From: a virus
Lineage: Duplodnaviria; Caudoviricetes
DNA: 39,901 nucleotides
Direction: 5' to 3' (one strand)
IMG/VR virus record: IMGVR_UViG_3300049472_000084
Span: 1 to 39,901 of that record
The notes beneath the pieces are model-generated. The model saw only the letters and a program-made list of their open reading frames with translations. It searched no databases and had not been told where the DNA came from. Below are positions 33,918 to 39,901 of this stretch, in pieces (position 1 is the stretch's first letter; every line of letters begins with the position of its first letter). Made by a program: the position numbers and the translations under genes.

Positions 33918-34298
33918 TCATCGCCCTCCACGACGCCCGGACCTGACCCTGTCCCCGAACCTCTTCCAGCGGCGGACGTAGGCGTTCCCGAGCGCGACTT
34001 TCTCGCGCGGGACGGCGATCCCGTAGGCGCGGAAGGACTCGCGGGCGTAGGTCTCCGCCTCGTCCTCCTGTTCGAATCGTCGGAGCTTGGAGGCTTTCCC
34101 GTGACCTCGGACGATGTGACCGACTTCATGGAGGAACCCGTACAGCGTCCCGCGCGTCGCCATGCGCGCGGCGTAGTGGATCGTCCTGGAGTCCGGGACC
34201 GCAAACCCGCGCGAGTGCGACATCCCGTTCCCGCATCCGGCGCATAGCGTGATGTCGTGCGCGATCAGCTCGGCCGAGACGATGTCCTGGTAGTCCAT
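33918..34298 (-). CDS. ImmA/IrrE-like zincin metallopeptidase
   Basis: FLHEVGHI...E.EAE.YA motif. Confidence 0.7.
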   Translation of the reverse strand: MDYQDIVSAELIAHDITLCAGCGNGMSHSRGFAVPDSRTIHYAARMATRGTLYGFLHEVGHIVRGHGKASKLRRFEQEDEAETYARESFRAYGIAVPREKVALGNAYVRRWKRFGDRVRSGRRGGR

Positions 34299-34447
34299 TA
34301 TCGGGCCTCCTCGTTCAGAAGCTCGGCGATCTTCCTGGCGATGTCCAGGCTCCGGCATTCGGCGATGAACTCCGATCCGCGATAGACCACGGCGCGGCCG
34401 AAGCGGTAGCCCGGCTCGGTATCGGTCGAGGCGATGTAGGGGTCCAT
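34298..34447 (-). CDS. Small hypothetical protein
   Basis: AEC.....A.KIA.LLN; RBS present. Confidence 0.55.
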   Translation of the reverse strand: MDPYIASTDTEPGYRFGRAVVYRGSEFIAECRSLDIARKIAELLNEEAR

Positions 34448-34448
34448 C

Positions 34449-34745
34449 TTAGCGTCCCTCCGCTTTCGCGATGGCGACGGAAAGATTCTTATATTCCTTC
34501 GTTTCGCTGATAGGGGAGCCTTCATAGAACTCGGCCCCGTTCAGGAGTTCCAGCATCTCTTTCGCGCTATTGAGAATCTCGGGGGCGGCGGAGATCAGGC
34601 GGGCGTCCGCGTCGAAGGTATCAGGAACACGATAAAGCCCCTTCATGCGGCAGATAAGACGAGAGCCGTTCTGATGGTCGGCCCAAATCGCGTCCCCCTC
34701 CTGTTTCCACGGCCCGGGGGTGTGCGTCGCGGTCTTGGTCTTCAT
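34449..34745 (-). CDS. Phage HTPGPW...ARLISAAPE family protein
   Basis: Widespread early-phage motif. Confidence 0.75.
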   Translation of the reverse strand: MKTKTATHTPGPWKQEGDAIWADHQNGSRLICRMKGLYRVPDTFDADARLISAAPEILNSAKEMLELLNGAEFYEGSPISETKEYKNLSVAIAKAEGR

Positions 34746-34746
34746 T

Positions 34747-34932
34747 TTAGCGGACCTCCTTCTGGCCGGTGATCTCCTGGCGGGCATCGACCGCGACGGC
34801 TTTGATCTGCGCGAGGGCCTTCCGGAGCGTCTGCTCGTCGGCCTTCGGGTTCTCCAGGGCGGCGTTCGCGCGGGCGATGATGACCTCGACATCTTGCGCG
34901 ACCATCTTCAGGACCTTCTCGTTCTTGCTCAT
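34747..34932 (-). CDS. First early protein (61 aa), leaderless
   Basis: ATG 6 nt after the -10 of promoter copy 3. Confidence 0.7.
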   Translation of the reverse strand: MSKNEKVLKMVAQDVEVIIARANAALENPKADEQTLRKALAQIKAVAVDARQEITGQKEVR

Positions 34933-34938
34933 GCCTCC

Positions 34939-34971
34939 AGTATAGCACCAGTGTCCATATCTGTCAAGACC
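34939..34971 (-). promoter_or_regulatory. Repeated 33-bp leaderless promoter, copy 3
   Basis: GGTCTTGACAGATATGGACACTGGTGCTATACT, then GGAGGC, then ATG. Confidence 0.85.
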
Positions 34972-34974
34972 TGG

Positions 34975-35013
34975 AAATAAGCCGCCCCCGGTCGAGCCGT
35001 ATCCGGGGGCGAC
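34975..35013 (-). terminator. Intrinsic terminator ending the late/lysis operon
   Basis: GTCGCCCCCGG-11 nt-CCGGGGGCGGC followed by TTATTT. Confidence 0.8.
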
Positions 35014-35054
35014 TACCCTATGCCTTGACGCCGATATGAGAGCGTCGGCTCGAA

Positions 35055-35516
35055 TCAGGCCGGAGGTGTCTCCGGGGCGGGCGGCGCGGCGGGCTGGGCC
35101 TTGGACTCGATGTCCTTGGCCTTCTCGGCCATCTCCTCGGCGACCTCTTCCATCAGGTCGGCGAGGCGGTCCTCATGCCCCCGGAGGTACTTGACCCGGG
35201 AGCTGAGGTTCTTCGCGACGGCCTTGAACTTGTCGGGGCCTTGGGCGTCGAGCTTCTTCGCCTTGACCTCGACCCAATGGACCACGGCCAGGATCAGGCG
35301 GTCGTCATCCTCGTCCCCAGCCTCCAGGGCCGAGCCGACGAGGTCCACGAAGCCGCCGACCAGACGGCCCACGATGAACTTCTTCAGGAAGGGCCAGGCC
35401 AGGGGCAGGAGCGCGACCGCGAGCCAGCCGCTCACGGACGAGCCCTTGGACGCCTCCTCTGCGAAGGCGGGGGCGGCGCATGACAGGACGGCGAACAGCG
35501 CGAGGATCATGTTCAC
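35055..35516 (-). CDS. LL-H-type holin-like protein with an apparent signal peptide
   Basis: Signal ...APAFA|, then a TM segment, then AVV.WVE...G.DKF..V...EE...EM pattern. Confidence 0.55.
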   Translation of the reverse strand: MNMILALFAVLSCAAPAFAEEASKGSSVSGWLAVALLPLAWPFLKKFIVGRLVGGFVDLVGSALEAGDEDDDRLILAVVHWVEVKAKKLDAQGPDKFKAVAKNLSSRVKYLRGHEDRLADLMEEVAEEMAEKAKDIESKAQPAAPPAPETPPA

Positions 35517-36022
35517 TTGGAGCCTCCGAACTTTTTGACGAGACCGGCTGACATCTGTAGAGACCCCTTGAACTCCTCTTGGCGGGAGCCGATGGTCAGA
35601 ACGAAGGCGGGTCCTACGGAGACGGTGAGATCATTGGCCGGGGCCAGGAGCCAGCGGAGGGCGGCGTATGACCCCCCCTCCTTCGCTCCGGGCAACAGGT
35701 CTACGGCCTTCGAGACGAGGGCCTTGACCGGACCCGCCACGTCCACGGAGGGGCCGATGGCGACCGACCCCTTCCCTGACTTCGTGTCTGCGACCCAGCC
35801 GAGGTCGAGGAGGTTCCAATCGACCCCCGGGATCAGGAGATATCCATCCTCTGAGGAGTGCTGGAAGATCGGCGTCTTCGATCCGGCCGATATGTCCTCG
35901 ACCCCCCCGGCGATCGGGAAGAACGCCGCCGCCTGGATTTGCTTGAAAGGCACGAAGCGGAAGTAGGGCTTCGCGTCCGCGCCCACGGCCATCAGCATCA
36001 GCACGACGACGAGTTTCATCAT
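35513..36022 (-). CDS. Exported protein, possible small outer-membrane beta-barrel
   Basis: Signal MKLVVVLMLMAVGADA|; amphipathic strands ending LQMSAGLVKKF. Confidence 0.55.
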   Translation of the reverse strand: MMKLVVVLMLMAVGADAKPYFRFVPFKQIQAAAFFPIAGGVEDISAGSKTPIFQHSSEDGYLLIPGVDWNLLDLGWVADTKSGKGSVAIGPSVDVAGPVKALVSKAVDLLPGAKEGGSYAALRWLLAPANDLTVSVGPAFVLTIGSRQEEFKGSLQMSAGLVKKFGGSK

Positions 36023-36031
36023 TCTATCCTC

Positions 36032-36490
36032 CTATCCGGGTAGTCCGTTCGCGATGTCGATGTCCCTCAGCCTACGGAAGCCGGTGAACTTGTGCCACGC
36101 CTCCCACTTCACTCGGGGGCGCAGGATGACTTTATTGTAGGGGCAATTCTCCGGCGTGTGCCCCAGGTGAGACTTACACCCCCTGGCCTCGATGACGACG
36201 TCGGGGTCGTCGGTCATCATGACGACGTGATCGACCCCGTGGCCCGGCTCCTTCTGGAATCCCAGGTCGCAGGGCTTGACGATCCCCGTGGGGTATGAGA
36301 GATCGTAGAGGCCCTGGGCCGTCATGTCGGGGAGCGTGAGCCCCCCGCGCGCGAGGCACCAGAGGACGAATCCGGAACAATCGACCGGACCCTTCGGCTT
36401 CTCCTGTCGGTAGTCCAGATTCCCCCCGAGCTTGTACGGCATCCCGAGGATCGATCTCCCGGCCTCGATGGCCTTCTCCGGGGAGAACAT
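36032..36490 (-). CDS. NlpC/P60 peptidase endolysin
   Basis: LGMPYKLGG...DCSGFV...DL.F......HV...IEA. Confidence 0.88.
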   Translation of the reverse strand: MFSPEKAIEAGRSILGMPYKLGGNLDYRQEKPKGPVDCSGFVLWCLARGGLTLPDMTAQGLYDLSYPTGIVKPCDLGFQKEPGHGVDHVVMMTDDPDVVIEARGCKSHLGHTPENCPYNKVILRPRVKWEAWHKFTGFRRLRDIDIANGLPG

Positions 36491-36852
36491 CAGCTCGCCT
36501 TCTCCAGCGCCGAGACCCTGGAATTGAAGTCGTGGAGGTCTTCCCGGATGTCCCGGCGCAGGCCGTCGATCCCGCGCTCCAGCTTCTCTCCGACCTCTCT
36601 GACCGCCGCCATCAGCTCGGCCTTGAACTCGGCATGGTCGGCGCGCGAGATGTAGGTCTTCTCGACCTGGGCCAGTCGCTCGGTCAGCACCTCGATCTTG
36701 TCCAGTTCCGCGTCCCGCTCCTTCTCCAGCGTCACGATGTCGCGCTCCATGTTCCGGATCGCCAGCCGGAAATATCCTCCGACGATCGCCCCGACGAGCG
36801 TGATGATCCCGGTCGCCGCCGCTACGGAGTCCGCCGATAGCCCGAGGATCAT
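36490..36852 (-). CDS. Holin-like membrane protein with coiled coil
   Basis: N-terminal TM plus heptad coil; directly upstream of the endolysin. Confidence 0.55.
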   Translation of the reverse strand: MILGLSADSVAAATGIITLVGAIVGGYFRLAIRNMERDIVTLEKERDAELDKIEVLTERLAQVEKTYISRADHAEFKAELMAAVREVGEKLERGIDGLRRDIREDLHDFNSRVSALEKAS

Positions 36853-37790
36853 TATTCGGTCTCCATGTCCACGATGGTATTCGCTTCGGCGGCTCCGCTC
36901 GAAGAGCTGAGTCCGTGTTTAATGACGACGGAGGATTTGAAGAACAGGTCGAGGAACACGCGCGAAGAGGCGGAACCGGCCAGCCATTCGAAGTTCGCCG
37001 TCGCGTCCGCCGCTTTCGGAGAGAGATCGAAGTGCGAGGTCCCGCTCGTAAGGATTCCCGTGTCCGCGTAGAGGACGCCATCGATGAGAATCTGGACCTG
37101 GACGTTCGTGATCGTACCGAATCCTAGACGATTATGGACCGACCTCAGCCTTCCCGATCCCGTGTAGGTGAAGACGGTCGCGAGAGGGAAGTTTCCGAGG
37201 GAAGGGATTGACGTCGTGATCGTGTCGCGAACGCGGGGGCCGAGTTTCGGCATGGCGGAGCCTCCTAGGGGCGGTTGAAGCATGGGGCGAAGATCGTACT
37301 GGACGAAGCCTTCCCCGACCTCCTGCTCGTCATTGTCCCGGATTCGAGTCTGACCGACGACGTTGTAGACCTGGGCCAGCGGGAGATCGGTCGAGGGGAT
37401 GGACGGGGGCACGGGGGAAGCGGCCTCGGTCCCCGCGATCCTCTGGAGCGTCCCGTCGTTCCTCAGCGTGAGGATGTCGATCCGGGGGTTCGTGGTCGGG
37501 GCCGTGAATGTCGGGCTGTTGCCGCCCGCGAAGACCTGATAGCTGTTCTGCGAGAACCATCCCACTCCGGAGAGGACTTCGAGGGTGAGGTTCGGGGTGA
37601 CTTGCTCGCGCGCTCGGAGGTTCGCGAGATGGCGCAGGAGGACGGCGGAATCCTCGACGTATTCCCCCGTCGCGATGTTGTCGTAGAGGAACATCAGATT
37701 CAGCGCGTTCGCCTCGCTTAAATCGTTCGGATTCAGCGGAGCGACGCTGTTGATGATCCTCTTCGCCGACGGTATGAGCGATCCTCGCAT
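36852..37790 (-). CDS. Tail fibre / baseplate receptor-binding-like protein
   Basis: NPRIDIL...GT.AASPV.P.IP...PLAQV...D.RP anchor motif; no signal peptide. Confidence 0.7.
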   Translation of the reverse strand: MRGSLIPSAKRIINSVAPLNPNDLSEANALNLMFLYDNIATGEYVEDSAVLLRHLANLRAREQVTPNLTLEVLSGVGWFSQNSYQVFAGGNSPTFTAPTTNPRIDILTLRNDGTLQRIAGTEAASPVPPSIPSTDLPLAQVYNVVGQTRIRDNDEQEVGEGFVQYDLRPMLQPPLGGSAMPKLGPRVRDTITTSIPSLGNFPLATVFTYTGSGRLRSVHNRLGFGTITNVQVQILIDGVLYADTGILTSGTSHFDLSPKAADATANFEWLAGSASSRVFLDLFFKSSVVIKHGLSSSSGAAEANTIVDMETE

Positions 37791-37802
37791 GATGTCCCCT
37801 TG

Positions 37803-39901
37803 TTACAAAGTCTTCACTCCACCGAATCGGAAATTGTCGTAATAGTATACCCCGCCGCTACCGTAGCGCGCCGGGTCTGGAGTGCTTACGCCAGCTCCGA
37901 TCTTGACAAGCTCGGTTCGCGTCTCCGCCTCGAATTGGTTGTCCGCTGAGGCCGAGAGGACGTCGGTCGCTCCGATCAGCACGAAGTCCGCGTCGATCGC
38001 CGTGTTCCCCTCTACGATTGTGACGCGGTCGTTGATCTGGACGTTTGGAGAGAACCGACAGGGGGCGTCCTGAAGCCAGTCGATCGGACCCTGTCCGAAG
38101 CGGCTGATCTTCGCCGCCGCGATGTCCGCCGCCAAATCGACATTGTCGATGAAGTCGTTCTGGTAGACGTCCTCTTGCGGCCCGTAGTCCGCCTGAATCT
38201 CCTCGCTCGCCTCGGCCACGGCTTCGACGGTCCCCTCCTGGACGAATGGCGTTCCGGTGATCTTCAGGACGTTGATCGTTCCCGCGACCGTGGCGCTGAT
38301 CGTCAAGGTCGGCTTGCTCGGATGGCTCGAAAGGCTCGTCGTGGCGACGGCGGTCCCGAGAGTGATGACGACGGTCTGCGGGACATCGTAGCGGGTATTC
38401 CCCAGGTCAACCTCGAACGTCGTGTCTCCGGCCGGGACGGTGAGGGGGTTCGTCGGGCTGACGGCCTCGTTGTTGACCGTCGCCGTCCATGCGTCCTGAG
38501 TCCCCGAGGACAGAAACGTCGGCTTTGACTTGACGGTCTGTTTCGTGACCATGTAGTTCGCGCCGCCGACCTCGTCGGTGAAGACCTGGGTGAGGTCCAT
38601 CATCGTCGTCGAATCCTTTAGAGAGAGCTGGGCGACGCTCGGATACTGCTCGCTCCCCCCGCGCGATCGGTAGCGCACGGAGAAGCTGAAGAGCTTGGGC
38701 GTCGCGGTCACGTCAGAAGATCGAAGCCTCGCCTGGACCTGGACCTGTTCGGCGTAATGGTTCCACTTGGACATCGGCGTCCCCGGGATCACCTGTCTCC
38801 AGGGCGTGAAGGTGACGCCTCCGTCGTCGGTGACACGGATGAAGAAGTCGATGCTCGTCGATGGACCGGTCTCGTAGGACGCCTCGAAGGACACGAACTC
38901 GACCTTCCCGTCAAGCTCCGGAGAGAGCGTCCCGGTCCAGGTCCCCTCGGAGACGTAGTTCGGCCCGGAAAGCGCCAGGCGGACCTCGCCCGGGGCCGTG
39001 GTGCTGTCGGTGTTCGTGTTCGTCCCGGACTGGAAGGAGGCCGCGTCCGAGACCGTGTAGACGTGAGAGACGACATTGAGGTAGGACCGGAAGCTCAACC
39101 TCCCGAACTCATCGACGTAGACTTCGGAATCTCCGACCGCGTCCCCGAGCTTAAGCATCTGGTCGAGGACCTTATCGTCTTTCGGCATGAAGAACGGGAC
39201 GTCCACTGTGGTCGTGTCCAGGAGCATCATGTTCGACGGGAAATTAGCCAGATTCCCGAGGAGTTCGAAGTTCGCTTCCAGCGATCGGTTCGTCTTCAGG
39301 CCCGTCGAGACCGTCTGGTTGATGAGGAACTTGAAGTAGTCGCGCGCCTTGAGCTTCACCGTGCGCGACATGGCGTTCGGCTTCCAGTGATCGATGAAGC
39401 CGGTGAACATCTGCGAGTTCAGGTTCGAGAACCCGGCGAAGTATCGGACCTCCAGGTTCGGCCGGATTCGGTCGTTGAAATATCCCGCCGCTTCCTGCTC
39501 CGCCGTGGGGATGTAGCTGTGGCTGAACCGCTTGTCGTAATTGATGAGGGTCAGGCTCAGTTCGGTCGCGAGCCTGCGGTTCAGGCGGTAGTCCCGCGCG
39601 CGCGTCCGGGCCATGGCGCAGACGTACTCCGAGACGTCCACCGAGATCGTGACCTCGATCGCCACGATCCTCGCCCTGACCGATCCAGACTGGAGCTTTG
39701 AGATGGAGAGCTTGAAGACCTGGAGCGGCTGGGGGCTGGGGTCCTCGAATACGTTCATGTCGTTCGTGTTCCCCGTCACCTGACCGCCCGAGATCGTTGT
39801 CGGCGACTTCCCGATCTCCGAGGACTTGTCGATCAGGGTGTCCCACGGAACCAGACCGCCATAGGTCCCTTCGCCGTACCCCCCCTCCCCGTACCCGGAA
39901 G
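37803..39901 (-). CDS. Tail tip / baseplate hub protein, C-terminal part; runs off the right end
   Basis: Frame open to the window end (SGYGEGGYGEGTYGG...); FTGFID.W...ARD; YVDEFGRLSFR; YG......NDFI; QINDRVTI hub motifs. Confidence 0.8.
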   Translation of the reverse strand, partial: SGYGEGGYGEGTYGGLVPWDTLIDKSSEIGKSPTTISGGQVTGNTNDMNVFEDPSPQPLQVFKLSISKLQSGSVRARIVAIEVTISVDVSEYVCAMARTRARDYRLNRRLATELSLTLINYDKRFSHSYIPTAEQEAAGYFNDRIRPNLEVRYFAGFSNLNSQMFTGFIDHWKPNAMSRTVKLKARDYFKFLINQTVSTGLKTNRSLEANFELLGNLANFPSNMMLLDTTTVDVPFFMPKDDKVLDQMLKLGDAVGDSEVYVDEFGRLSFRSYLNVVSHVYTVSDAASFQSGTNTNTDSTTAPGEVRLALSGPNYVSEGTWTGTLSPELDGKVEFVSFEASYETGPSTSIDFFIRVTDDGGVTFTPWRQVIPGTPMSKWNHYAEQVQVQARLRSSDVTATPKLFSFSVRYRSRGGSEQYPSVAQLSLKDSTTMMDLTQVFTDEVGGANYMVTKQTVKSKPTFLSSGTQDAWTATVNNEAVSPTNPLTVPAGDTTFEVDLGNTRYDVPQTVVITLGTAVATTSLSSHPSKPTLTISATVAGTINVLKITGTPFVQEGTVEAVAEASEEIQADYGPQEDVYQNDFIDNVDLAADIAAAKISRFGQGPIDWLQDAPCRFSPNVQINDRVTIVEGNTAIDADFVLIGATDVLSASADNQFEAETRTELVKIGAGVSTPDPARYGSGGVYYYDNFRFGGVKTL

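Noticed and set aside
391-39701. Many long plus-strand ORFs (for example 391..1632, 2320..3558, 3940..5286, 13862..15166, 20552..22018, 31634..32974)
   Set aside because: Antisense shadows of GC-rich minus-strand genes; Arg/Gly/Pro-biased, with no motifs or RBS.
1-39901. Exact circular closure or terminal repeat; tRNA genes; integrase/att site
   Set aside because: The ends share no overlap and do not join in frame; no cloverleaf or tyrosine/serine recombinase motifs were recognised by eye.

Overview
Near-complete genome of a GC-rich tailed dsDNA phage with siphovirus-type gene content. Nearly all genes are on the minus strand, and the genome is circularly permuted inside the large tail-tip gene (5' part at 1-368, 3' part at 37803-39901, with a small piece missing at the junction). 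In transcription order: early genes (34932 to 32078: HTPGPW-type protein, HExxH peptidase, XRE-HTH); recombination and replication (putative SSAP, Cas4-like exonuclease, replication initiator with internal iterons); accessory genes (PD-(D/E)XK-like moron, RusA, ParB-like, HNH); TerS and TerL; a divergent non-coding control region (about 19410-19905); portal, MuF, protease-scaffold, decoration protein and Mu-gpT-like capsid; a block of signal-peptide-bearing fibre/spike-like proteins; head-tail joining proteins; two tail tube paralogues; a frameshifted tail chaperone; a short tape measure; tail tip; and lysis genes (NlpC/P60 endolysin, holin-like proteins). No integrase, tRNA, CRISPR array or reverse transcriptase was seen. 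Most notable observations: (1) an unannotated DUF2292/YezD-like mini-gene followed by an overlapping antiterminator/terminator in front of the head genes; (2) virion-type fibre genes carrying Sec/lipoprotein export signals; (3) a second, stand-alone copy of the rep-gene origin; (4) apparent non-AUG starts (ACG, CTG) on key genes; (5) a conserved 33-bp leaderless promoter present three times. All family assignments come from motif recognition by eye, not from database searches.
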